Below are positions 38,501 to 51,115 of a DNA stretch of 64,000 bases, piece after piece (within the stretch, counting starts at the first letter, position 1; each line of letters opens with the position of its first letter). The stretch lies in assembly GCA_964270895.1 (NCBI GenBank), contig OZ185439.1. One strand, given 5' to 3'. The notes beneath the pieces were generated by a model. It was not told where the DNA came from. It did not search any database and saw nothing but the letters and a program-made list of their open reading frames with translations. The DNA comes from Podarcis filfolensis (lineage: Eukaryota). The translations under genes and the position numbers were made by a program.

Positions 38501-41151
38501 AGTGTCCTGAATAGGAAGCTGGTTTGAAATTGTTAGACACACAACAGAAAAAGTAGCAACAAAACCATTGCATGCTGTTGTGCAAGTAAGTCAACTGCAA
38601 ATGCAGCTCCAATTAAGATCTGCATCACTACTTAGATACATATATGTATCTTTCATACCATCTTGAAAGGGGGAATTACTGGGCCATTACTGATAGCTGA
38701 AGGAAGCATTGAAGGCTCTAACACACAACCGTACCATAAGATTCTTTGAAACATGCTGGAAATAAGGTTAGCCATCAGGGAGAACTCTTACAGAAAGGGT
38801 GGGAAGTGGAAGGTTGAGGCAGCCACTGGTAGTACAAAGCAAACATATTTATCTGCAGATCAGAATGTTTCAGTTCCAAGAAAAATCATTTAGAGAGTTT
38901 GCTGGCATCCTGTCTTAAAGACCTGCAAAGGTATAGGCTTCAATGGAACTGTGTGGGTAGCTTTAATATATACAAATATATACGAACTGTTGTAGCCCAC
39001 TTGAAAGAAGTGAACATAATGGAGGCAGCTCTGGCCAGGGAGGGCGGGGTATAAATAAATCAATCATCATCATCATCATCATCATCATCATTATTTGCAC
39101 AGGAGACAATAAAATGGAGCTCCCAGACTGCTGGTTGCCTCTACCAGAACTGCTAATATTCTAGGTAAAGAAGACTCCGACAATCATATAGCTACTTTCC
39201 TTAGCTCATTGCTTCTTTTGTTAATGCTTGCTTACTTTGTTTTTAAAGACATCTAAATTGGCATTTAATGTTAAAATGTACCCTCAGGGCTCCTTGGTCT
39301 GAGAATAACCCGATGAAGAAGAAAATCCATGCCCAACCAAAGGAGTGCCTACTTGAATAAAATATTGGGGGGGGGCAGGTAACCCCAGATAATTGATCAC
39401 ACACACACCATTTGAATGGCAATGCCCACCAACCTGAGGGTGGGACTTGGGACCCCCTCAAATATTTTATTGGGGGAGGCAAAGCCCCCTCGGCCCCTAA
39501 GAGTTGGTTCCTATGCCCAACCAAATTCATCTTGTGGAAACAGAGAGGATTTACCAACTTCCAAAGAATGAGAGTGAAAGGAGAGAAATTCAGAGAAACT
39601 AATTCAAAAGGCAGTTCCTCAGAGTCCTGCTGAATGTTCACAAATACACATATTTCCTCTTTGTCTTCTGCGGGGTCAGAGACAGATTAGACTCCATGAC
39701 AAAAGGTATGTCCTTACAGTAGGGGGGCCTATTTTTGGCAGTGTCTCTGTGGCAAGTACTATTGCATATGCTTCATTTAGATAAGCTCTCACAGCTCAGT
39801 AGTTAAGCAAACTCTGGGGTGCTTGTGTTAACCAGAATGTGAGATTTTAAGGACCTGGAGTAAGGCTTTTTCCTTAAAAACAAAAAACCTTCCTACACAA
39901 TAATGCTCTGAGCTGTCCCAGTAGAGAAGAAGCTTGCTTGACCAATTTCAAGGAGATCCTAATGGAAAGAACCTAATGCTGTCAAATGTCTTCCTTATCT
40001 TATAACCTTAAACTCAAACAGATCAGCAATAGCCTCTAATTTAATGTCTTGGCTCATCACTCATGAGTAATGAGTATTTTGAAGCCTCGTGTTACTCTGC
40101 AATTGTGCTTTTCTGCCTTGTGTAGTTCTACATTTTCCTATGTAACCTGTGTATCTCTGTTTTTCTCTTGGTCTATGGGCTTTGCAAAAGGTAAGATTAT
40201 CCTAAATGTTCCCTGTTGTTGTTCTTGTTGTTGTTAAGCAGAGGATTTTCTTTTTTAAAAAAAGTTAAAACCTTCATTTAAATGTCTTTTAAAAAATACA
40301 CACAGTGCTTTGCTTGGACAAAGCAAAAATAAAACAACTACAAACCAGAACTCTTCAGAAATCAGCAGGCAATCCTCAAGATAGACCTTATTCTGTGAAA
40401 TAATTGGAGGCTTGTAAAGGCCTACTGGACACAGACAATCACCAGAAAGAAAGGCCTATATAAAGCTGCATTAAAAGGGGGAGAGGGTACACCTGAGTAC
40501 ATTCCCTACTCAACCACCTTTTAATTATTTTATGATAAGAAAGTGAGAGAACCCTGCTTCCCCTGGCCCATAAGATGTTATGGAGGCTGTAGAAGCATCA
40601 GTGTATATAAGAAAGTGCTTGGGTAGGCACTAGCCATGCATACCTGGAGCTCTTTGGATCCTGGCAAGAGTCAACTACTTGGCACAGCCTCCTTTTATAC
40701 ATTATACAATTTCAAACATGTATATTTCCCCACAGCCTTGTTTATTTTATTGCAAGAAATCTGCATTTCAATGAGTTTGTAAAAAGTGGTTCCTTAATGA
40801 ATTAGGCCTCATTCACGTAAAATCTTAATGTCATCAGCAGTGAAATGTAATGCTGCCGAATAAAAAAAAAGGTAGAAAAGAACGATAGCCAACCCTTTCT
40901 GAGAAATCCTTGTTTAGCCCGTGTTATACAGTTTGCAAATAAATGTGAAGACTCTGGGGTACGGAAAGATTGATCCACACTAGTGCTGTGTGTACGCCGG
41001 TGACAGGTGTCACAAGACAAAGTTATTGCCTTCTAGGGTTTATGCAAAATCATGAATCTCATTATAATTTCAGTTGTAGCTGCTGTACCGATGACGGAAG
41101 AAATCAGTGCATGTGCCGACGCACAAAGTTTAGTCCATGTGTCATACTTGC

Positions 41152-41499
41152 ACATGGGTGCTGTGGGTTAAACCACAGAGCCTAGGGCTTGCTGATCAGA
41201 AGGTTGGCGGTTCGAATCCCCACAACGGGGTGAGCTCCCGTTGCTCGGTCCCTGCTCCTGCCAACCTAGCAGTTCGAAAGCACGTCAAAGTGCAAGTAGA
41301 TGAATTGGTACCACTCTGGCGGGAAGGAAAATGGCGTTTCCGTGCGCTGCTCTGGTTCGCCAGAAGCAGCTTAGTCATGCTGGCCACATGACGCGGAAGC
41401 TGTACGTCGGCTCACCCAATAAAGCAAGATGAGCACCACAACCCCAGAGTCGGCCACAACTGGACCTAATGGCCAGGGGTTCCTTTACCTTTACCTTTA
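41152..41499 (+). mobile_element. Near-full-length Sauria SINE with 8-bp TSD
   Basis: tRNA-like head (ggttcgaatccc B-box), full body, ctttacctttacctttta-type tail; atacttgc at 41144-41151 and 41500-41507. Confidence 0.95.
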
Positions 41500-41819
41500 A
41501 TACTTGCTAGAAACAATAATGCTCTGTTCATCGATGGGGAGGCTGGTGGGAAGGAGATGTAGGTATGAACAAGGACAGTTTTTTCCATTGCCGTTGACAG
41601 CTTGAAACAAAGTGTGTGATGACAAATATAAGGTGATGAAAGAGGGGGAAAGCTATGCAGTCCGGTTGATTTGGCAGAACAATTAAATCACTTCCATGCG
41701 TACATGGGTTTCTTTTAGCAACTGGATTAGAACTATTTGGGTGTGGGAATGGGTGCTCAGTGTCCCCAATCAGGATGGATTCTCCGACTTGTGCATTACT
41801 TACTTTCATGCTACATTTC

Positions 41820-41910
41820 ATAGAATCATAGAGTTGAATTGTAGAGTTTATTGTGGAGTTGGAAGGGACTCAAAGGGTCATCTGGCCCAACTCCCAGCAA
41901 TACAGAAATT
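41820..41910 (-). mobile_element. CR1-like tail fragment
   Basis: catagaatcatagagttg..gttggaagggac..ggtcatctggcccaactccc. Confidence 0.7.
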
Positions 41911-42230
41911 ACAGCTTTTGCCCCTAACAAAATTAAATTCAGGCAGCTGTTTTCTTCAGGAAGCCCAAATTCTACAGATATTTCTAGGAGGCTCACCATA
42001 AGCAGAAGTATCAACATGGCTCCCAACGTTTCTAACTTTTCTTAAATTATTAACCAGCAAAAGAGCCTACCAGCAGTGGTTGGTGGAGTGGCACAGGTGG
42101 GGGGCGGGGAGGCACTGAACACCTGGTTTCCTCATGTCAGTTATTCCTGCTGCTTACTGAGAGGGAGAGGTGAGACACAGGGAACCCAGTGTGTGTTGCT
42201 CCCACAGCACTGGCTCCAAGGGGATGTGTT

Positions 42231-42528
42231 CAGGGTTTGATTTAGGTTTGATGAGGCCCTAAGCTACTGAAGGTAATGGGGCCCTTTATATGTCCAGCTG
42301 TCCTTTGTCAACAACAAATTGGTGCTGTTTTTCGTGTTGAATATATGCTATATGGTAAGTTATGGACCTAATAGGTATCTAAAGCCATCTGCACATAACA
42401 AAATATGTATTTTATCAAAGTAATTGTTGAACTGAAATACAATTAAGAAGAAGTATATTTTGGGGGCCTCCCAAGAGAGTGGGGCCCTAAGCTATGGCTT
42501 GTTTAGCTTAAACGTAAATCGAGCACTG
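42231..42528. mobile_element. Non-autonomous hAT element with 8-bp TSD
   Basis: Ends cagggtttgattta / taaatcgagcactg; flanks gatgtgtt and gatgtgtg match 7/8. Confidence 0.85.
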
Positions 42529-42708
42529 GATGTGTGTTGCAACAACACAGAAATCAGGGCAGAGGCTTGAAGCTCCCAGTAGCACCAGTAATAAACAGAC
42601 AGGAGGGCAGGAGAGAGCCATGCCAGGTTGCCATCCCATTTTATGTAAAGTGAAAGTTGGCTATATCTATTCTTGCAAGCATCTGGCATATTTTGAGAGA
42701 AGCACCCA

Positions 42709-42744
<36 letters not shown>
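42709..42744. repeat. (TAAG)9 microsatellite
   Basis: Read directly from the sequence. Confidence 0.97.
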
Positions 42745-42748
<4 letters not shown>

Positions 42749-42995
42749 TGTTATGATAATAGTACTGAAATTTGTTGCAAGTGGAAGTTGCTTGGGTGCA
42801 TCTCTACAGTTGCACAAATGCTGAATAGTTACAGATGCAGCATTTGTGCAACTGTTGCTGTTTTGTCCCAAAATCAGTGCAATGCATAACTATTTTACTT
42901 GGAGGGCAATGGAATAATGACTTTGTAATATATCATTCCAAACTGAGGTGGGTAGCTGCATATCAGTTAGAAAACAATATCTCTGAAGCGGAGGT

Positions 42996-43346
42996 CATGC
43001 CCTCCAACATTTCTTCGATGAAAATAGGGATGTCCTATTCTTCCATGGTGATAATTTTACTACTTATACCCCACACATCTTACTGGGTTGCCCCAGCCAC
43101 TCTAGGCAGCTTCCCACATATATAAATAACATAATAAAACATTAAACATTTTTTTAAAAAGAATCCCTATACAAGATTGCTTTCAGTTGGCTCAGGGGTT
43201 GGGTAACTCCATGCCCTCCAGCATTTCTCCAATGAAAATAGGGACATCCTAAGGGAAAGTGGGAAATCCCAGGATTAAATCAGAAACTGGGACAGCTTCT
43301 CTAAACCAGGGCCGTTCCTGGAAAATAGGGACACTTGGAGGGTCTG
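42996..43346. mobile_element. hAT-like MITE carrying an internal L2-tail segment
   Basis: Ends catgccctcc / ggagggtctg; ggaggt on both flanks; internally duplicated 'catgccctcca.catttct.c.atgaaaataggga'. Confidence 0.7.
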
Positions 43347-44307
43347 GGAGGTATTCTGCTCCAGTTCTTTATGACCTATAGTGTTGTGGAGGAGGATGAA
43401 GCTGGCTGGAATCCTGAACAGGAGCACTCAGATCTGTTAGGGGCAAGGCTATACTGCAACATTTTGTTTCATTTCCACTAATAATAATTAGCGAATGAAA
43501 GGTGCCAAGCATTCTGCATTCTGTAATCCGAGAGGCCTGTCAGTTTTCTTTCAAATACCAGACACCTGTGCTGGCAAATGGCTTTTGAAACTAAGGACAG
43601 TCTTGAAAACCATTTGTGATGCATCATGGGGGGTCTTTAATTCAAAGGAGAGAAAGTGGAAAACATCACAGGGTGATCACAAGCCCTTGAGCTAGCTTCA
43701 AGTCACACTTTCGATCTCAGCCATAGCATAGTACACTTTTTGTGGATGTGAGATTTTTACAAGGTGAACTGTAGCTTTGAATGAGTATTAAGAGAGAATG
43801 TACACATTCATTTTGCACACATTGTATGCATGTATATAGTCACTTGCAGAACCCCTGAATGCTGCTGGGGGGGGGGAGAACTGATGGGTCCCCCCATGTA
43901 CCCATCGCTACAGCCACCATAGGGTGGGGGGAAAGGTGGCAGCTGCCATGAGCAGATAAGGGCAGTCCTCTTTATTTTCCATGCATAGTTAAAGGGAGGC
44001 GTGACACGTCCTGTCCTCCTGCGGTCTTTTATGGCTCCATTTGCAAGGTGTATCATGCCCCTTCCCCTCTGCACCCCAGGATGCTGTAGTGATTTGGCCA
44101 TATGCGCATCAGGTGAATGGTGCAGCCCTATCATTACATCCACTGCTGATCGTGCTTCTGCATTAAGCTACAAATCCTCTCCAAATAAGTATTTAAATAT
44201 GCAGGTCCATTCAAAACATGCATCACAGGTTGCTTTGTTATATTTGTACTGTGGAGATCAGGTCATTTCATATATGATTTCACAAAGATTGAACTCCTCA
44301 AGTGTCC

Positions 44308-44656
44308 CTAACTGAGCCTCTTCGGCTTGCCGATCGGAAGCTTGGCCGTTTGAATCCCCGCGCTTGATAGGATGAGCTCCTGTTGCTCTGTCCCAGCTCC
44401 TGCCAGCCTAGCAGTTCGAAAGCACCAGTGCAAGTAGATAAATAGGGACTGCTGTGGCGGAAAGGTAAGAAGTGTTTCCATGCACTCCGGTTTTCGTCAT
44501 GGTGTTCCATTGCTCCAGAAGTGGTTTAGTCATGCTGGCCACATGACCTGGAAAGCTGGATCCCTCAGCCTGAAAGTGAGATGAGAGCTGCAACCCCATA
44601 GTCGCCTTTGACTGGACTTAACCATCCACGGGGCCTTTACCTTATCCTTACCTTAC
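44308..44656 (+). mobile_element. Sauria SINE (variant subfamily)
   Basis: ctgagcctcttcggcttgccgatcggaag..tagcagttcgaaagcac..gagatgag..ctttacctta. Confidence 0.9.
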
Positions 44657-45994
44657 TTGGCAGCCTCTTCTTTTGACATGAGAAAGTTGCCTTGGGTTCT
44701 ATACCAAAGAAAAAGAACCTCACATATCCCTTGAGAACTTTGGTCTTTTTTTCTTACTGCAGGCAGTTTTGGAAACCCCTCACTCCAGAAGGGAAGCAAA
44801 ACAATTCCTCATTCTTTAAATAAGGTGACTATGATTGTAAACTCAAGAAACGTGAATGTCCCTCTGACATCTATGACAGACCAAAGAGGAAAGGTGTTAT
44901 CAATGGTATAAGTACATGACATTACTTGACTATAAGCAGTTATCAGAAACCTGCTCCCAGGCAGCTCTCTAAATGACTGCATAAAAGCAGTTGACAAAAC
45001 ATCAAGGGGAAAGTATATTATTTATAAGAAAGCATGATATATTTTTGCATTAGAAGGAAAATGGGAGGAGAATTATCCCCCCGCTGAGAAAAAGATCTTC
45101 AAAAACATATTAATGAAGACTATTGTAAAGTTAGTTTTATAAAGAGTAAAGGGAAATGTGGCAAATGAAACTGCTAGTGGGGAATCAGTCACCGAAATCA
45201 AATGCGGCGTAGTCAGGCGGAGCTGCATAAATCAAGCATAAGATGAACTATTTATCAAACCCAGCAAATACATTTGTCCCCCCCCCAAAAAAAAGTATTT
45301 ACTTCGTGTGGGGAAAGGAGGACATGAGCGAAACCATGAACAAGATGTTAAAGACTGACAAATGCCTCTGAACGGCACATTATTCAATCCTCCACAGTTA
45401 TGCAACACAAACTTAAAGAAGAAGAAGAGCAAACACAGATTCATGATGCGCAGGATGAGTTTGGGATTCGAGATAGATAGAGTATTATCTGTTGCTCAAA
45501 ATGATAGCCATTGAAGGTACATTACCACATTGTTCCTCTTTGATCTCCTAGCATGATTTCTGCCTAAAGCCATAACTAGAGCTGTGTGAACTCTGCGGGC
45601 TTTGGTTCCAAGAAGGGCATCACATCATAAACTGAACACTACAATGTGGTTCAAAAGAGCTGGCAGCAATTTACTGTCATCATTTCTTTTGCCTACAGGT
45701 GAATGACCCAGAGGAGTACAGTGTGTATCATACCATTATGTGGAGTGACATCTAAGATAAGCTGATATGATAATATTGCATGCATCCACCTACTTGTTTT
45801 CTCTGTGTCAGCCTGCACAACTTGTGACCCACCGAGCTGAATGCTCCATATGACACCAGCCACACACACACTGCCTTTGGCTTTATGCACAGGCCTGCTC
45901 TGTTTTTTTTTTTCAGTGGAAAATGCCATTGTTCCCACAACTGGGTAAAGCGGAGTGTAACATGAACATGAAGCATACTGGAAGATCGTGTGCT

Positions 45995-47001
45995 TAGTTG
46001 TTGACATCTACCTGTCTTAAGAGGCAAAGGAGTGTGCCTCTGGGGGTGAAGTCTGTGTTAGCTGCCCAGACAACAAGACCCCTCTCTGAGCCTCGCTGAT
46101 GTGGTCCTAAGGAAATCAGAGCAATATGTTTGGCAGCAGCTTGGCTGCAGGAGTTGCCAGAAGTAGGTGTACTAGGTGCCATTTAGCCATTTTGGGGACT
46201 CCACTCTTGCTCTGCAAGTGCAGCTTTCTCCCGATTGAAGTGCAGAGTGTTTGAGGGACATTCACAGGGAAACCAAAATGCTTGTTTACAAAGCTGTTGT
46301 ACTACCAACCTTACTGTATGCTTGTGAAATGTGGAACACTTACAAATGCCATCTCCAACTCCTCGAAAGATTCCACCAACGGTGTCTCTGAAAATTTTTA
46401 CACATCACTTGGGTAGACAGGCAAACTATTGCCAGTATACTGGAAGAAGCAAAGATCACCAGTGTTGAAGCAATGATTCTTCAACATCAACTTCATTGGA
46501 CTGGTCATTTGTGCAGATGCCTGATGATCGTCTATCAAAGCAACTACTCTATCCAAACTTAACAATGGAAAGCATAATGTTGGTGGTTAACAAAAGAGAT
46601 CTAAAGACTCTCTCAAGGCAAATCTAAAAAAATGTAGTATAAACACCAACAATTGGGAACACTCCAGTAGGAGAACAGCCTTTACCAAAGGCGTCATGGG
46701 CATGAAGATGCTCAAACTCAGGACGAAAGGTAGAAACGTGCTAAGAGGAAGGCATGATTGGCAAACCCTCCCCATGATCAACTCCTGCCCAGAAACCTAT
46801 GTCCCCACAGGGGAAGGACTTATGGATCCAGAATTGGCCTCCACAGTCACTTACAGACTCACTGTTAAGACCGTTTTCATGGAAGACAATCTTACTCAGC
46901 CAAGAGTGATCACCAAAGGAGGAGGAGGAGGAGGAGGAGGAGGAGGAGGAGAAGAAGAAGAAGAAGAAGAAGAAGAAGAAGAAGAAGAAGAAGAAGAAGA
47001 A
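45995..47001 (+). mobile_element. Internally deleted RTE-clade LINE: 5' region joined to the decayed ORF2 C-terminus, with a (GGA)11(GAA)17 tail
   Basis: About 46250-46620 translates, with stops and frameshifts, to KMLVYKAVVLPTLLYACEMW..LERFHQRCL..EEAKITSVEAMILQHQLHWTGH..PDDRLSKQLLY, typical of the RTE ORF2 C-terminus. Confidence 0.9.
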
Positions 47002-47659
47002 CTACCACAAGGATTTAGGATCAGAGTTTTCCTTCTCCTAGATGGGCTGCCTTCCCTGGTTGATGAGCCCCATCTGCCCTTGAGTGCTCAAGACATTCTT
47101 CCATTTCATCCATGTTTGTCTCCTTTATTACCAGTGGTTTTATTACCAAATTTGAATGTTGACATGGGAGGTTCAGCTTTGTTTAGTTTATATGGGTGAA
47201 ATTGATCCAAACTTTGTTTTCAGGAAGAAGTAACCATCCTGAAATGAAGGTCTGGGTCTGAATGGAAGAGCACCTGGTTATGTTGTCTTGATGAAAGAAA
47301 GGTGGGAGTCAATAATCTGAGATTCAATCTCAGGCTCTGTTGGTGGGTGGTTCCCAGATGAAGATTTGGCAGTTTAGTTGCTCTGGATGGGTTTACACTT
47401 CCTCTGAAGAAAAAGCTATGTAATCTGGGACTACTCCTGGATCCATCACTGTCATTGGATGCATAATAAGTCTCCACAACAAGGAGCCATTGGGGGGCAG
47501 GGGACCGGGTATCAACGCCCCCCCCCAAATTTTCAATGATCCCCTCAATATTCCATGGCCAGTGATGGCCCTGCCAGTCTTTCCTGCAGCTATGACAGGC
47601 TTTTCTTATGGCTAGATGTGTGTGTGAATCAAGAACCTAAATAAGAAATCATTCTGTGA

Positions 47660-47890
47660 ATTTATTATTATTATTTTATGTATTACATTTTTATACCACC
47701 CTTCTTCTGAAGATCTCAGGGCGATTCAAAGCATAAAAATACAGGATAAAAATACAAAATACGGATACCACCCCCCCATAAATGCATGTAAAATGATATG
47801 GAATGTTAATCAGCCCAAGGTTGAAGAGGAACGTTTTCATCTGGCACCTAAAGATGTATAATGAAGACACCAGGCGAGACTCCCTGCATA
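47660..47890 (-). mobile_element. L2-like LINE 3' fragment
   Basis: ATT-rich tail, tttataccaccctt..ctcagggcg..; aacgttttcatctggcacctaaaga..ccaggcgagactccctg. Confidence 0.65.
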
Positions 47891-49140
47891 ATATTTGGGT
47901 GGTAGTCATTTAATTTTTACTTAGAGTAGACCTGTTGAAATTAATGGACCTAACTTAGTCATTAATTTCCCTGGATCTGCTCTGGCTAAAACCTAATTGA
48001 CTATCACCCATTGATGATAGTGTACAGTAGTGAAAATGAAACTGCACTTTTGAAATGGTGGTTAGCTTTTTAGTCAGCATAGTTTCAAGTCGTCAAAATA
48101 TATGGAATTCACCATGGTGTTCCTGAAGTCACAGCTCCCATCAAAGCAAACTATAATTTAAAGATGGCTGCAAGGGAATCAGGTAAATGATTGATGTGAA
48201 TGCTATAATTTTCAGTATTAAATACTAAGCCTCAAAAATACCATTAAGCCTTTCTATGAAGTCAACACTCAAAACCTACAAACAACAGTTTAAGAGATCT
48301 CTGTGGTCTTAATAACAAAACACTATATCTCAACATTGATTTTTTTAGACAGAACTTGGTCAGCGGGGAGTCCTGTTTAAAATCAATTGCGCAAAGGTTT
48401 ATTAAATTACCAAGGGTGATCAAACTTATTTTTTCACCAATTTGTTTTGCTGGGTTTTGTTATTAGGAAAGGGATTTAGTTGGTACATAATGTGATGACT
48501 TAAAGGCAGATATACTTTCTCTCTCTTTCTCTCTGGGTGTTTTTAATAGTTTAGAACTGATGTACTCCAGCTGTGAAGCTAAAATGTTTCTGCGCAATGT
48601 TTTTCTCTTTCCTCTTCCCTCCTTATCTTTAGAATCCTCCTAATGGTGACTTGGGTAGGATGTGCATTGCCAGAAGCCATGCTTGTACTACTGTGAACAC
48701 CGCAGCCGTCGTAAAATGCTCCCCATGCAACAGAAATTACGATGCTGTACAACGAACCGACAGACATTTTTAAAAGCAGCAGCAAGGGGCCATTCAGAAA
48801 ATGTAAGTGCTGTACTCAGTCAAGTTCAATGAAATGAAAATTGAGAGGCTTTTACTTCTAATTTACATTCATGCACAAACGAAGACAACGTTATGCTCCT
48901 TCACAGATGGTTTCAAAGAGACCATGCAGAAATATTCAAGCCGTTTTATCAAACCAGTTGAAAGAAAACCAAACCAATCCTTAGTTCCCTGGGAGAGGGC
49001 ATAGGAGACGTAGTCCGTGGTCAGGAGGAGAAGCTCCACAGCCAGAGACTTTTTTTATTGTGGCGGCAGAAAGTGACCCCACCCATGTTTCTCCTCCTCG
49101 ATCAGAGTTGGCCTTGTGTTGCTTCAGGAATACAAAGTCG

Positions 49141-49176
<36 letters not shown>

Positions 49177-49545
49177 GTCTTTATTACGGTCCAGAGACCC
49201 AACAAATTGTTACAAAGCAATACACAATTCATACAGCCTACCTCCAGGTTAAACAAGCATTTTGTTCAGAATATAGGGATCATTGGTTCTTGCAACCACC
49301 AATAAAAACTTTGCCACTGCTAATGTTCTAGCGTTTGTCCGGTCTTCCAATAGGAAACTGACATAGTGAGCCTCTGATTTTCCCGGGAAAGGTACCAGCA
49401 AGGGTAATATCAGTTCAGCTCTGGCTTGCTCATATTTTGCACAGTGCAACAAAATATGTTTTATGGAATCGATGTCTTGAGCACACGAGTAAAGTCTGTC
49501 CTGGTAGGGAACTCCTCTCAACCTGCCATCCAACACTGCAGAAGG
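49141..49545 (-). mobile_element. 5'-truncated non-LTR retrotransposon: ORF2 C-terminal zinc-knuckle region plus (ATG)n tail
   Basis: ORF 49249-49536(-) GRLRGVPYQDRLYSCAQDIDSIKHILLHCAKYEQAR fits a decayed CxC..H...C knuckle; AATAAA lies just before the (GAT)n tail on the minus strand. Clade not determined. Confidence 0.75.
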
Positions 49546-49837
49546 AAAGACGTTTAGTCTGGCTTTGGTGAAAAGCCTTCGATAGTTTGGTACTGTCAGG
49601 TTTTTAATGTAAGATGTTAACTTAAAGACATGCGCATATTGTACTCCTACTGCCAGCAGACTACAGACTGTGTGTGATCGAGATCACAAGTCACTGTGTG
49701 CATTATCCCATAATCTTTGCTTTAACGTCTTTAGGGCGCCTTTATAACCCAGGTAATACAGTTGGGGGGGGTGACAGACCAATAAAGGTGGCTTTTTTAG
49801 CCACAAAGTCCTTTCAATCCCCTGACAGTTATCTGGA

Positions 49838-50243
49838 GATGGGTGACTCAGTCAATTTTGGTTTCTCTCAGTTTCTCAGTTTTCCAATTTCAAACTAAGT
49901 TTTCCACATTTCCACATTTGCTTGTGATTATTCTTATTCCTTTAAATGTCCTCGTCAATATTTCAGTGTAGATGTCTTCAAATGTAGACATATTTTGCAT
50001 GCAATATACACACTTTTGCAAAGCCCTTTTCTGCAATATGATGCATTTCCCTCCCCGCCCCCCAACAATTCATGCATCTGTATGCGCACCTCAGATGTAA
50101 CTTTTCGTAAACACTTCCTGGCTGAAAAACTTTGTTGTGAAAGTGCAGAGAAGTGTACGTTTTGAAGGATGGCTTGTGTCTCAGCTTACATATTGTTTCA
50201 GAAAGTATGAATGCAAATTGAATTGAATTGATCACCCATACCT
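49838..50243. mobile_element. AT-rich MITE-like repeat
   Basis: Ends agatgggtga / tcacccatacct; same family as 51116-51432. Confidence 0.7.
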
Positions 50244-50581
50244 ACAAGCACCTAAACTTGGCAGGAAAAAAATGCCTTCAACAGCTCTGGAGCTGGCAGC
50301 ATGAATTTCCCTTCACCACCACCCCAACACTACAGTCAATCAGAGGAAAATTAAGAAACACCCATCTGTGGGAGAGTGGATCAAGCTACTCCGCCACACT
50401 TTCCACCCTGGCAGGGCTTAGAAATTTGCAGTTTCTCCTCCAAGGAATCTCGCTTCCCTTACAACCGAGAGGCTGGCACTGCAGCAAAAAGGCTGCTGAA
50501 CACGCCCCCTCCATGGCACCTGGTTGGGTGGCCATCGGGGGGGCGTGAGCGCCAGCCAGGTGAGCTGGAGGCAGGGGGCAA

Positions 50582-50594
50582 CGCCCCCTGCTGG
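50582..50594 (-). promoter_or_regulatory. Strong CTCF-motif match in a CpG-rich patch
   Basis: The reverse complement CCAGCAGGGGGCG matches the CTCF core consensus. Confidence 0.55.
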
Positions 50595-51115
50595 GCGGTG
50601 CTCGGGCTCCCGCCCACAACCACTCCCCTCTCTTTCAGGGAGGAGAGTCTTTGTTATTCCATTTGAGATGCTGAGTATGGAGGCAACAGAAAGGTGCTTC
50701 TCATCATTCTTGCAGAGACAGTGGAAGGGAGAGGAATGAATGTGCTCAAGATGCAGCATAAGGATCTTGACTGAGACTTGAAAGTTCTAGAGGTGACTTA
50801 AAAGAGATCGATAATTAATCAGTGAATAACGTTACAGCGTGAAGAGAAATTCACTTTGTCATTTGGGGAACTTCTGTTCTGCTTCTCCTGCAGTGACCTT
50901 TGGCACATCACTGTTCTACTTCATCAAGCTTCCATCTGTATATTTAAAGTATGGACGTAAGGATAAAATCCAGCGTGTCAGGGAAGTAATTGGGGTATAC
51001 GTCCCCAGATGGGAGTAAAACTAGAGAGTTAGGCTGAGGTTTTCAAATTACTTTCTCTGGAATTGCCTAATTGATACCAACTAGTCTTTAAAATTTGTTC
51101 TTGCGTGCTACCCAA

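Noticed and set aside
41196-41391. Short ORFs recurring at 9.9, 41.2, 44.3 and 55.3 kb (MASMTKLL.. etc.)
   Set aside because: Translations of non-coding Sauria SINE copies.
46696-47199. 167-aa ORF with poly-Gly and poly-Glu
   Set aside because: Created by the (GGA)n(GAA)n tail of the RTE plus flanking repeat sequence.
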